IMG/VR virus record: IMGVR_UViG_3300009095_000068
Span: 1-24,854 of that record
DNA from: a virus
Lineage: Duplodnaviria > Caudoviricetes
Direction: 5' to 3' (one strand)
Length of the DNA: 24,854 bases
Shown here: positions 13,941 through 22,801 of the stretch, one piece after another
Numbering within the stretch: position 1 is the first letter of the stretch
Layout of the letters: every line of letters begins with the position of its first letter
Notes under the pieces: generated by a model
The model's database searches: none
What the model was told of the DNA's origin: nothing
The model's input: only the letters and a program-made list of their open reading frames with translations
Translations under genes and position numbers: made by a program

Positions 13941-13973
13941 AAAAACGCCGCCGGGCCGGGAAGCCCGGCAGCG
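13941..13973 (-). terminator. Intrinsic terminator after capsid and decoration genes
   Basis: Minus strand CGC-T-GCCGGGC-loop-GCCCGGC-G-GCG followed by TTTTT. Confidence 0.7.
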
Positions 13974-13993
13974 CGCGAAGAGATAGGGCTTGC

Positions 13994-14452
13994 CTAGACG
14001 AACAACTCGGCCTTCAGGCCCCGCTCGGCGGCCGAGTTGGGGGTCTGGTTCGCCTGGCTCAGCACGGCGAACGCCACCGCGTAGGTGCCGGTCGCGCCGT
14101 CGCCGGCCTTGAGGTTGATCTGGATGTAGCGCTTCCGCTCCCCGCCCAGGCTCACGTGCCACGCGAAGACCTTGTTGTCGTCGTCGGCGGCCGGGAGCGA
14201 CGCCTGCGTGTTGTAGTCGCTTGCGCTGATCTTGGTGAACGTGCCGTCGGCGGTGTCGCTCTCGTATAGGGACATCTCGGCGATGGCGATGTCCGTCTCC
14301 CCCAGCATCACGTACACGTCGAGGTGGTTCCACCCCAGCGTGTCGATGCTCACGGGGGCGGCGTCGTTGTACGCCCCCGGGAAGTCGTCATTGTCCACGA
14401 TCGCACCGGGCTTGATGACCGGGACGATCTTCACATTCTGCATTACCTTCAT
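13994..14452 (-). CDS. Putative capsid decoration/cement protein (152 aa)
   Basis: Directly after the capsid gene and before the terminator; SIDTLGW...LYESDTADGTFT...KRYIQI jelly-roll pattern. Confidence 0.75.
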   Translation of the reverse strand: MKVMQNVKIVPVIKPGAIVDNDDFPGAYNDAAPVSIDTLGWNHLDVYVMLGETDIAIAEMSLYESDTADGTFTKISASDYNTQASLPAADDDNKVFAWHVSLGGERKRYIQINLKAGDGATGTYAVAFAVLSQANQTPNSAAERGLKAELFV

Positions 14453-14466
14453 CGGAACCCCCCTGC

Positions 14467-15855
14467 TTATTGCGCGGCGGTGACGAGGCACACGACCGGG
14501 CCGTAGGTCGAGCCGCGGCCGTCGCCGTGGATGTTCACCGCGTACCGGGCCGTCGCCCGAATGGCGGTCTCGTCGCTGTCGAAGTAGAAGTCGCGGCTGG
14601 ACTCGACGCGGAGGTCGCGCCGGTCGCCCAGCATCGACGCCCCCATGAAGTCGCCGAAGTAGCACGACTTGGTGGCCGGGGCCGACGCGCGCGGCAGGAC
14701 CTGCGAGAAGTAGACGGGGTAGCCCAGGAACACCGCGTCGGCGTTGCCCTGGTTCCCGGTGAGCAGGCTCTTGTACTGGTTGGCGGCGATGTCGAGGTTG
14801 AGCATCACTTGGAAGTAGAACTGCCGCGAGCAGACGAACGCGAGGCGGCCGTTGCTGACGTTCTCCACCGAGCCGATGAGCTTGGTGAAGTCCGCATTGG
14901 TGATCTCGGCCCAGGTGTCGCCGGAGGCGTCGATGTACGCACTGCTCGGAAGGGCGGCGATGAGGCCGACGTGCCCGCCGTAGGCGCTGGTGCCGTTGCC
15001 GAGGAAGTAGTCGAGGTCCTCGCGGTATGCCTGCGCCTCGGCCACGGAGTTGGCGAACTCATCGCCGACCGAGACCGCCGCGTCCTCGAACAGCTCGTTG
15101 GACGCGCGGAGCATCACGCCGACCTTCTTGGCGGTCAGCGTCACCATGTCGTACTCGTTGTCGTCCACGGCAATCCTGCCGGTCTCGCCGAGGTGGCTCA
15201 TGGCGACGATCGCGGTCTTGCGCCGGCGGGTCACCACGTCGCGGCTCATCCGCTGCACGTTGGCGAGCTTCCGGGCGACGCCGTACTGCTCCGTCGCGTA
15301 CATCACGCCGTCGAGCAGTTCTTCGGGGACCAGCACGCCGGCCGACAGGTTGTTGGCGATAGTGCTGTTCTTTCCGATGATGTCCCGGTCGTTGGCCGCC
15401 TGCCCGTAGCTCTTGCCGGTGAACGTGGCGACGAGCTGGCGGAAGTACGCGCCCATCAGCTCCGCCTCGTCGGCGCAGGAGAACCGGGTCTCGCCGCGGG
15501 CGGCCCTGGCGTTGTACGCCTTGCGGGCCATGTGCAGCCGGTGGACCTTGGGCGAGACGCCGTGGTCGTCGTCGTGCAGGGCGGCGTTGACGCGGAGGAC
15601 GCGCTTGACGCCCGGCGCGCGGTCGTCCTGCTCGGCGGCGTCGCCCCCGTCCGGGTCCGCGTCGGCCTTGCCCTTGTTGGGCTTGGCGTCCTTCTGCGCG
15701 TACAGCGCGTCGATGTCAAGGGCGTCTTCGGAGTCGCCCTCCTTGATCTCGATGTTGTTCTCGGCGATGAACGCCTTGACCGCCGCGAGGGTGTCGTCGC
15801 CGTCATAGGCGTACGTCTCGCGGAGCTGCTTCAGGAACTTGAGCCAGGGATTCAT
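14467..15855 (-). CDS. Major capsid protein, HK97 fold, with N-terminal scaffold/delta-like region (462 aa)
   Basis: AGVLVPEE, VTLTAKKVG...SNELFEDA, FLGNGT, LGYPVY, YFGDF and FDSDETAIRATAR motifs. Confidence 0.95.
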   Translation of the reverse strand: MNPWLKFLKQLRETYAYDGDDTLAAVKAFIAENNIEIKEGDSEDALDIDALYAQKDAKPNKGKADADPDGGDAAEQDDRAPGVKRVLRVNAALHDDDHGVSPKVHRLHMARKAYNARAARGETRFSCADEAELMGAYFRQLVATFTGKSYGQAANDRDIIGKNSTIANNLSAGVLVPEELLDGVMYATEQYGVARKLANVQRMSRDVVTRRRKTAIVAMSHLGETGRIAVDDNEYDMVTLTAKKVGVMLRASNELFEDAAVSVGDEFANSVAEAQAYREDLDYFLGNGTSAYGGHVGLIAALPSSAYIDASGDTWAEITNADFTKLIGSVENVSNGRLAFVCSRQFYFQVMLNLDIAANQYKSLLTGNQGNADAVFLGYPVYFSQVLPRASAPATKSCYFGDFMGASMLGDRRDLRVESSRDFYFDSDETAIRATARYAVNIHGDGRGSTYGPVVCLVTAAQ

Positions 15856-16116
15856 AGCCCCGTACCCCCACAGAAACGTGGTTGCTTGTGGAAAGCACCG
15901 CGTGTCTCGGGTGGCTGCGAGGCGCGACAGGCTGGCCGCATAGGTTGCGGCGGGCGAGTCGCGTCAGGCTCCGACCGTCTGAAACGTCGGTTGCCGAAAC
16001 GCTGGTTGTCCGAAAGCCCGGCGTGGGGGGATCAGTCCGCGCCGGGCGACAGGAGGACGGAATGGAGCGTGTGGGTGTACCCCGACCCGCCCCGTCTTGA
16101 CCCCTCCCGAGGGCTC

Positions 16117-16845
16117 TTACCACAAGTGTACCCGCAATACCTTCCTCGTGCTACCCGGCGGAGGACAAGCCGTGGTGCCGTGGAACTTCCGAACGGGGGT
16201 GGCCGGCAGCCCCAGAGCCACGGCGGACGCTCGGGCGATGCGGCCCTTGACCACCAGTGCGTCGAGTTCGGCGGCCTTGCGGTCGTCCGTCACCGCGGCC
16301 CCGCCCTGGCAGGCGACGTTGCAGGGCATGGCCGTGACGCTGGTCTCCAGCCACTCGGCGGAGCGGACGATGGACTTGGGGGTCTTGCCATCCCGCCCGT
16401 ACCGCTTCACCTCGTCGGCCGTGGGCTTGCCGTAGTCGATGGGTGTGAAGCCGATGGAGGCTCCGATGCCGATCTCCCGGGCGACGGTCAGCACGTCGTC
16501 CCCGAGCGGCCCCTTGGCGATGTGGACGCGGATGCGCCACCCCCGCTGGTTCTTGGGCGAGGGGAAGGGGACGGCCGACCGGAGCTTGCCGACGGCCGAT
16601 CCAAGGTCGTAGCGGTGGTCCACAAAGATCTTGCGGTTGCGGAAGAAGTACCCCTCGCCGCGAAGCCCCGCGGGCACCACCACCTCGTTGTCGAGGTCGA
16701 TGTCGTCGGTGGTGGCGACCAGCACGAGGTTCCGGTCATCGGTGACCTCCTCGACGGTGCCGAAGCTCGACACGATCCCCACCGGGGCGTCGTCGGCGAG
16801 CCCGTTCTTCTCGCGCATGCGGCGCAGGACTTCGGTTGCGTTCAT
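16117..16845 (-). CDS. HK97-family prohead protease (242 aa)
   Basis: ATTDDIDLDNEVV, IFVDH, ASIGF and LETSVTAMPCN motifs; ATGA coupling at 16845. Confidence 0.9.
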   Translation of the reverse strand: MNATEVLRRMREKNGLADDAPVGIVSSFGTVEEVTDDRNLVLVATTDDIDLDNEVVVPAGLRGEGYFFRNRKIFVDHRYDLGSAVGKLRSAVPFPSPKNQRGWRIRVHIAKGPLGDDVLTVAREIGIGASIGFTPIDYGKPTADEVKRYGRDGKTPKSIVRSAEWLETSVTAMPCNVACQGGAAVTDDRKAAELDALVVKGRIARASAVALGLPATPVRKFHGTTACPPPGSTRKVLRVHLW

Positions 16846-17048
16846 TGGTCTAGCTCCCATCCCCGTCCGCCGGCCTTCCTCACCTTCCCGTTCGCCCCCA
16901 GCCGCCGGTCCTCGGGGAAGGCGTGGAGCGTCTCGTACCCCGGCGGCGTCGGCTTGCAGTGCTGGCAGTAGACGTCCAGTGGCAACGCCGCGCGGGTCTT
17001 GCACCGCTTGCACCTGCGGAGCATCTTGTTGCGGGGGGTGGGGGTCAT
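16842..17048 (-). CDS. Small putative Zn-ribbon protein (68 aa)
   Basis: CKRC...CQHC; ATGA overlaps at both ends. Confidence 0.6.
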   Translation of the reverse strand: MTPTPRNKMLRRCKRCKTRAALPLDVYCQHCKPTPPGYETLHAFPEDRRLGANGKVRKAGGRGWELDQ

Positions 17049-19471
17049 CGCCCAGCCCCCTCCACCGGCCTCAGCACCGCCGCCACGCCGCACCGGCATC
17101 CCGGATGGAACGGCGGCACCTTGATGTCCCGGTAGTCGTTGCGGTACGTCCTGCCCCCCACGCTCAGGGTGGCCCCCAGCGGGAACACCGACGTATCAAG
17201 CCCCGTCGTCCGCGACCGCTGGACGATCGCCACGCACAGTTCGCAGGGGTTCCCCGACAGCAGCAGTTCCTTCCCCTCGACCACCCCCGACTGTTGCCAC
17301 GCCGTCAACTTGCCCTCGTTGAGCGCCCGGCTCGTCTCGGTGGCCGCGATGTTCGCCGCCCGGCTCTCGCTCTCCTCCGGCCACTCGGCGGCGATGCTCG
17401 CCTGGATCTCCGGCAGCGACGCCCCCTGCTCGATGCCGCGCCGCACGGCCGCCACGAGCCGGTCCACCGTGGTGTCCGCGACCTCCCGGGCGAGCCGGAA
17501 GCGGTACTCGTCGAGGAACCTCGCCGCCGCCTCGTTGCGGACATCGAACACGCCCATGACCGTTGGTTTCGCCGCCCCGAGTTCGCCCGCCCCGGCGTCG
17601 TAGCCACGGGCGAACATCGTCATCGTCGGCCCGGCCACCGCCTCCATGAACGTCCGGCGGACCTCGGACGAACGCAGGTAGCCCCCCAGCTCCCGCCGCA
17701 GCACCGTCTCGTCCGTCGAGTTCATGGCCGACAGCAGGCCGGGCCGGATGGCATCGAACCACAGCCGCAGCGCCCGGCGCAGGTCCTCTTCCCCGTCGAG
17801 CCGGTCGTCGTCCTTCGTCACCACCCCATCGCGGTGGGTGAGTTCCGAGACCTTCAGTTCAACCGGGCGAGCATCGCTAACCTCGCCCGCTCCGCAGCAG
17901 CCGCCATCACCACCTCCGCCGGCACGATCACCAGCACCACCAGCGGCCTTCGTGTCTGGCTCAGCAGGATCGTCCTCCGCCTTCGCGTTGGGGTCGTCCT
18001 CCCCGGTGGGTGGATCTTCCGGCGTCCTGTTGTCGTCGTCATCGCCCCTTCCTCCTCCGCCCCCGAACCCCGGCGGCAGTTGCATCACGCCCACGCGGTC
18101 CAGGGGTACGCCGTTGAACCGCGGCACCGCCCCCGCCCCGTCCGGCAGCGGCTCGTACCCGAGTTCCGCGCGGGCCTCGTCGATCGTCCAGTTCGCCGAC
18201 GCGGTGAGCACCTGCACTCTGTGCGTCAGCGCCGCCTCATCCTGCGGCACCGGGTTGTCGTAGGCGAACCACATCTCCCCCGGCTCGATGTCGAAGGCCG
18301 GGAGCATCGCGTGGGTCTTGAACTCCGCGTCGGCGCACAGCGCGGGGCGGATGGTCATCTCCGCGAACTGCCGGTGCCCGGTCACGCTCGACGCGAGGTT
18401 CGCGTCGTTCATATCGGTCACGCTCTCGGGGATGCCGTAGGCGTTGCGCATCACCTTCCGGTGGTCGTGCTTGCCCGCGAGGTACTCCATCTCCCTCGGA
18501 GTAAACTGGAGGGCCTTCACGTCCGTCAGGGCGGCGATGTAGAAGCGGCCGAAGTTGCGCGGCCCGCGGTGCTGGCCGTTCAGCTTCGCCTCGAACTGTT
18601 CGATCTGATCCGGCGTCGTCTCGGGCGGCACCATGAAGATGTGACTCGGCCGCGCCCCGTTCTCCCACGCGGCGTTGTCCGCCACCAGCGCCGCCGCGTA
18701 TGCGTCGCACTCCATCAGGATGTCGTGCAGCGGGCTCATCCCCAGGTACGGGCTCCACGGGCTCGGCTCGTACTTCTGGTGCCACACCTCGTCGGGCGCG
18801 AACGCCGCCTCGATCGTCCCGTCCCGCCCGTAGACGTAGCCGCGGATGAACGTATCGGGGTCGGGAATCGGCCTTGTGTGCTGCGCGGCCATCGGCACCA
18901 TGATCGTCGGGAACTTCGTGCCGCCGCGGCCCCGCCTGAACTCCGGGTCGTATGCGTAGTGGCAGTATGAGTTGCCCCACAGCAGCCGGTACAGCCGCAG
19001 CAGCCACTCGTGCTCGGTCCCGGACGACCAGGGGTTGGGGTTGGCCAGCAGGTCGAGGATGGGGTGGTCGATGACCTCCTCGATGTCCCCGGCCCGCTCG
19101 GCGTACATCACTGCCTTGCCCCCCGGCCCCCGCACGGGGTCGCGGAGGTACTTGAGCACGGCCCGGTTCTCGCGCAGGCTCAGCGGCCTAGCCTTGACGC
19201 TCAGGGACTTGTCGTGCGCCTTGGTGCGGCTGTTGGCGGCCCGGTACAGGCGGAGGGCGTGGCTGGACTCCACCCTAGCTCGGAGGCGGGCGAGGATCAT
19301 CGGGTACTGCGCGGCGCGGGCGGCGAGCTGCGCGGCCTCGATGGTCTGGGCCGACCACCGCCCCTGCGCGTAGTCGGCGACGCGGACGGTGGAGTGTACC
19401 CACCCGCCGATGTCGGTGGCGCGCTTGAGACGAGAGAGGGTTCCGAGTTTGCCGATGATGTTCAGGTTCAC
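17045..19471 (-). CDS. Portal protein fused to a MuF/SPP1 gp7-like minor head domain (808 aa)
   Basis: HPILDLLANPNP, LLWGNSY, YLGMSPL and ENGARPS portal motifs; C-terminal RAANIAATET...CELC...PPFHPGCRC MuF motif. Confidence 0.92.
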   Translation of the reverse strand: MNLNIIGKLGTLSRLKRATDIGGWVHSTVRVADYAQGRWSAQTIEAAQLAARAAQYPMILARLRARVESSHALRLYRAANSRTKAHDKSLSVKARPLSLRENRAVLKYLRDPVRGPGGKAVMYAERAGDIEEVIDHPILDLLANPNPWSSGTEHEWLLRLYRLLWGNSYCHYAYDPEFRRGRGGTKFPTIMVPMAAQHTRPIPDPDTFIRGYVYGRDGTIEAAFAPDEVWHQKYEPSPWSPYLGMSPLHDILMECDAYAAALVADNAAWENGARPSHIFMVPPETTPDQIEQFEAKLNGQHRGPRNFGRFYIAALTDVKALQFTPREMEYLAGKHDHRKVMRNAYGIPESVTDMNDANLASSVTGHRQFAEMTIRPALCADAEFKTHAMLPAFDIEPGEMWFAYDNPVPQDEAALTHRVQVLTASANWTIDEARAELGYEPLPDGAGAVPRFNGVPLDRVGVMQLPPGFGGGGGRGDDDDNRTPEDPPTGEDDPNAKAEDDPAEPDTKAAGGAGDRAGGGGDGGCCGAGEVSDARPVELKVSELTHRDGVVTKDDDRLDGEEDLRRALRLWFDAIRPGLLSAMNSTDETVLRRELGGYLRSSEVRRTFMEAVAGPTMTMFARGYDAGAGELGAAKPTVMGVFDVRNEAAARFLDEYRFRLAREVADTTVDRLVAAVRRGIEQGASLPEIQASIAAEWPEESESRAANIAATETSRALNEGKLTAWQQSGVVEGKELLLSGNPCELCVAIVQRSRTTGLDTSVFPLGATLSVGGRTYRNDYRDIKVPPFHPGCRCGVAAVLRPVEGAGR

Positions 19472-19491
19472 CCCGCGCCCCCGTGTCCCCG

Positions 19492-19737
19492 TTACTGACC
19501 GGACTCAGCCCCCGCCCGCCTCTCAGCCATCAACCCGTCGATCACCCCCACGACCACCAGCGGCAGTCCACCGCACCCGACCAGCCACGCGGCGGCGAAC
19601 GCCCACGCGGCCATGCCGGGCCAGCCGACGCACAGGGCCGCGCGGCCTACGCCGAACGCGAGCAGCGTCACCCACAGCACGATGCTGGCGAGCTTCGTGG
19701 ATGCCGGTTGCGATTGCCCCATATCCGCCCCTCTCAC
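19492..19737 (-). CDS. Small membrane protein between TerL and portal
   Basis: Two hydrophobic segments; GTGA coupling (alternative ATG at 19722). Confidence 0.6.
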   Translation of the reverse strand: MRGADMGQSQPASTKLASIVLWVTLLAFGVGRAALCVGWPGMAAWAFAAAWLVGCGGLPLVVVGVIDGLMAERRAGAESGQ

Positions 19738-21035
19738 CGAAACGTGTCATCGTCCCATGCCGACACCACCTCGCGCCGGATGCGGCCGGACTTCGCCTGG
19801 TCGCGCACCTGCTCACCGCCCACGCGAATCATAACACCCACGTTGGAGTGACGCCGCCGCATATCCGCCAGCGCCAGCGCGCACACGCAGTCGTCGTGCA
19901 TCCCCTCCGGGGCGGTGTACCGCACCCCCCCGGTCCGGGTGAACTGGTACTCGAACGACTCCAACTCCGACCGGATCGGCCCGTCCGGGTAGCCGATGGT
20001 GCCCCCCTGTATGCTGGTCGCAAGCCCCTCCATGAGTTGCTGCTTGCTCGTCTGCGTAAACTTGTACCCCTCGATCCACGGGGCCGTCCGCCGCAGTTCG
20101 TCCACCACGGCGTCCCCGACGCCCGTGGAATCGACGTACGCCCGCTTCTGCCCAACGGCCCGCAGCACCCGCGCCGTCGTCTCCGGCCACGGCACGCCCT
20201 GCCAGCGGTCGAAGTACGCCACATCCCCGTTGGAGTCGAGCCCGATCACCACCGTCCAGTCGTGGCTCTTTGCGAGGTCCACCCCGAACCACTCCGGCTC
20301 CAGGCCCGACAGGCCCGGCCGCACGCATCGGTTGATGTGGGCGATGCCGAAGGGGTTGGACCCGTCCTCGGTGGGGATGCCAAGGTACAGCTCGTTGAAC
20401 ACCGCCTCGGGGAGTTCCCGCCGCGCCTGCTCCACTTCCTCGGCGTCGAGAATCCCGGCCTTCACCGCGTCGTAGGCCGTGATCTTGGCGTAGCGCCAGC
20501 CGGGGAGCCCGCCGCTCTCCACCCGCCGGGCGAGATGGTACGCCCAGTTCTTCCGGCCCTTGACGTTGCCGATGATCCGCAGCCGCCCCCGCGTGGCCGT
20601 CAGGGTGGAGCGGACGGCGAACCAAGCATCCTCCTTGCACCGGCTCGCCTCGTCGATCACCGCCGAGTACACGTCCTCGCCGTAGAGGCTGTCCGGGTCG
20701 TCGCCGGATCGGTAGCGGATGACTGCCCGGCCCCCCAGCGTGACGCTTAGTTCTTGCTTGTTCGTGTCCCACGACCGCTTCGACGGGTCCACCGTCATGA
20801 GCAGCCGGACCATGCGGCGGTAGGCGATGCGGGTCTGGTCGTAGATGGGAGCGATCCACCAGTGCTCCGACGCCGGAGCCGGGCACATCCCCGCCTCCCG
20901 GAGCTGCCACCACAGGCACCCGACGGTCTTTCCCGCCTTGGTCGTGGCCTCGATGATCGCCGCCCGCTCTTCGCAGAAGATGGCCTCTCTCTGGTAGGCC
21001 GCGACCGGTGGCAGGTTGAACCGGAAGACCGTCAC
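19734..21035 (-). CDS. terL: Terminase large subunit (433 aa)
   Basis: Walker A ATTKAGKT, Walker B AVIDEA, RNase H-like GVDLA...D and HDDCVCALALA. Confidence 0.95.
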   Translation of the reverse strand: MTVFRFNLPPVAAYQREAIFCEERAAIIEATTKAGKTVGCLWWQLREAGMCPAPASEHWWIAPIYDQTRIAYRRMVRLLMTVDPSKRSWDTNKQELSVTLGGRAVIRYRSGDDPDSLYGEDVYSAVIDEASRCKEDAWFAVRSTLTATRGRLRIIGNVKGRKNWAYHLARRVESGGLPGWRYAKITAYDAVKAGILDAEEVEQARRELPEAVFNELYLGIPTEDGSNPFGIAHINRCVRPGLSGLEPEWFGVDLAKSHDWTVVIGLDSNGDVAYFDRWQGVPWPETTARVLRAVGQKRAYVDSTGVGDAVVDELRRTAPWIEGYKFTQTSKQQLMEGLATSIQGGTIGYPDGPIRSELESFEYQFTRTGGVRYTAPEGMHDDCVCALALADMRRRHSNVGVMIRVGGEQVRDQAKSGRIRREVVSAWDDDTFR

Positions 21036-21409
21036 TCACCCGAGCCCTCCCCGATGACCTTCGGCGCAGGGATGTTGAACACCACAACATCGGTCGGCTT
21101 GCCGCCGTCTATCCTCGCGTTCTTCTCGGCCAGGTGCTCGTCGGCCTGGTTCTGGGCCTCAAGCGTGGCGAGGGTCTTGACGCACCCGTTCACGGCCCGG
21201 TGGTCTTGCCGCTCCAGCGCCCATCGGAGTGCGACCTTGAGGGCGTCCACGAACCGGGCCTTGGTGTCGTCGTCCACTGACCATCGGCGGTGGCCCCCGG
21301 CCCCGTACTGGCGTCGGACCAGGCCGCGGTCGCGCTCGTCGGTCATGTCCAGATGGCCGACGCGGGCGTCTGCTGGCTTCTCGGGTAGAGGGGCGACCGG
21401 CCCTGTCAT
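21032..21409 (-). CDS. Putative terminase small subunit (125 aa)
   Basis: Helical protein with a C-terminal beta strand (DVVVFNIP), coupled to terL; AAGGAG RBS; function from synteny. Confidence 0.65.
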   Translation of the reverse strand: MTGPVAPLPEKPADARVGHLDMTDERDRGLVRRQYGAGGHRRWSVDDDTKARFVDALKVALRWALERQDHRAVNGCVKTLATLEAQNQADEHLAEKNARIDGGKPTDVVVFNIPAPKVIGEGSGE

Positions 21410-21483
21410 CGTTCCTAACTCCTTGCGAGGCCAGTGTTTAGGCCAGCACCCGACAATGAGTCCCCGTCGTCCTACTGTCCGCC

Positions 21484-21759
21484 ATGAAAACCCTCTGGTT
21501 CCGCCAGGTGTACGTACCGCAGATCATCGCCGGGACAAAGACCCACACGGCGCGACGCCCATCGTCGCGCCTGCCGCGAGCGGGAGAGACTGTCGCTCTG
21601 AGTGTTGGTCCGCGCCCCCCATTCGCTCGTGCTCGGGTGACCTCGGTCGAGACGCGAGAGTGGGACGAGCTGTCCCCGGCAAAGCGGTCTGAGTTGCAGG
21701 CTCTCGGGATTGACTCAGGACCGATATGCTGGATTGAGTTCGTCGTTCTGCCGGCATGA
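21484..21759 (+). CDS. ASCH-domain protein (YqfB-like, 91 aa)
   Basis: F....IIAGTKTHTAR (GxKTxTxR), GETV, FARARVTSV and WIEF match the ASCH pattern. Confidence 0.85.
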   Translation: MKTLWFRQVYVPQIIAGTKTHTARRPSSRLPRAGETVALSVGPRPPFARARVTSVETREWDELSPAKRSELQALGIDSGPICWIEFVVLPA

Positions 21760-22801
21760 ACTCGAACGACGCGGTGCTTCGTCCGGCCGAGCCTCGGTAT
21801 CCACAGGAGTGCGGAGCGCGGCCGGTCAGCCGTTGCCATTGCATCCGCCACAGAGGCGATTTAGCCAGCCCCCGGATGAGGCGCGGGTGGCTGGTCACGA
21901 TGGATATGCGATGCGACTCGGCTTCACGCGCCGCGACCGCGTTCAACAGCCGCAGCCCAAGCCCCACCCCCTGATAGTCCGGCAGCACCACCAGGCGGTG
22001 TATCCGCCTCCTGCCTTTCCAACCGAAGGATGGCATCGTGGCGCAGAAGGCGACTGGGCGACCGTCGTGGCATGCCGCGTAGCACATCGCGGACGGGTGC
22101 AGGTCCGCGTCTAGATAGTGATGACGCCCAAACACTCGCCACAGACTCCGGTCGCACCTTGAGACCTCGAAGTTGATCGGCGGACGTTGAAGACGCCCCC
22201 ATGACGTTTCGCCGGTCGCCATGTCCACCACCCAATCCGGCTCCAACCACTCAAGCACGTCGTAGTGACAGGTGACGGCGACGAATTTCTTTCCGGCGGA
22301 TCGGACCATTCGGGCCACGCACATCGACGCGATCTTGGCCACCTGCCGATCAACCACGCTTGTGAACTCATCGAACACTGCTATGGGTGCGGGCCGGAGC
22401 AGGCACTTGGCCAGGTCACAACGGAACCGCTCGCCATTGCTCAGTGCGGCGTACGGACGCAACCACGCCGGCGGGCTCGCAAAGCCGACTGCGGCCAGGG
22501 TGTCGGTGATGGTCTTGGCAGAGAGGTCCGACGGGAAGGCATCGACTACCGCCCGGTCTGCTGGCCACTCATCCCCTGCGTAGAGCACGTCGCCATACGC
22601 CGCCCGGGCAACGGTAGACTTTCCCGACCCGCTTGGTCCCACAATGGCGCCGATGCTCCATTCCTCGTCCGCCGATGGCACGTCAACCGTGAACGCCTCG
22701 CGGCTTTCGCTGCCGATGCGAAGATCGAACAGGCCGGCAACCTGCTGCACCCGAAAACTGTTGACAATTGGGGTGGTGTTTACAACGTCAACACGTGGCA
22801 T
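21524..22801 (-). CDS. ABC ATPase - GNAT acetyltransferase fusion (425 aa; last ~78 aa antisense to ASCH)
   Basis: GPSGSGKST, LSNGE, AVFDEF, VTCH, then the acetyl-CoA motif RLVVLPDYQGVGLG; no TM partner gene. Confidence 0.92.
   Translation of the reverse strand: MPRVDVVNTTPIVNSFRVQQVAGLFDLRIGSESREAFTVDVPSADEEWSIGAIVGPSGSGKSTVARAAYGDVLYAGDEWPADRAVVDAFPSDLSAKTITDTLAAVGFASPPAWLRPYAALSNGERFRCDLAKCLLRPAPIAVFDEFTSVVDRQVAKIASMCVARMVRSAGKKFVAVTCHYDVLEWLEPDWVVDMATGETSWGRLQRPPINFEVSRCDRSLWRVFGRHHYLDADLHPSAMCYAACHDGRPVAFCATMPSFGWKGRRRIHRLVVLPDYQGVGLGLRLLNAVAAREAESHRISIVTSHPRLIRGLAKSPLWRMQWQRLTGRAPHSCGYRGSAGRSTASFEFMPAERRTQSSISVLSQSREPATQTALPGTARPTLASRPRSPEHERMGGADQHSERQSLPLAAGATMGVAPCGSLSRR

Noticed and set aside
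14470-18970. Long plus-strand ORFs (833 aa, 779 aa) and similar ones opposite the structural genes
   Set aside because: Antisense shadows of high-GC3 genes; Arg/Gly/Val-rich with no motifs.
19492-19737. Holin
   Set aside because: No endolysin nearby; small membrane genes between terL and portal are common and of unknown function.
21524-22801. ABC transporter subunit
   Set aside because: No permease or binding-protein gene nearby; fused to GNAT in a phage packaging context.
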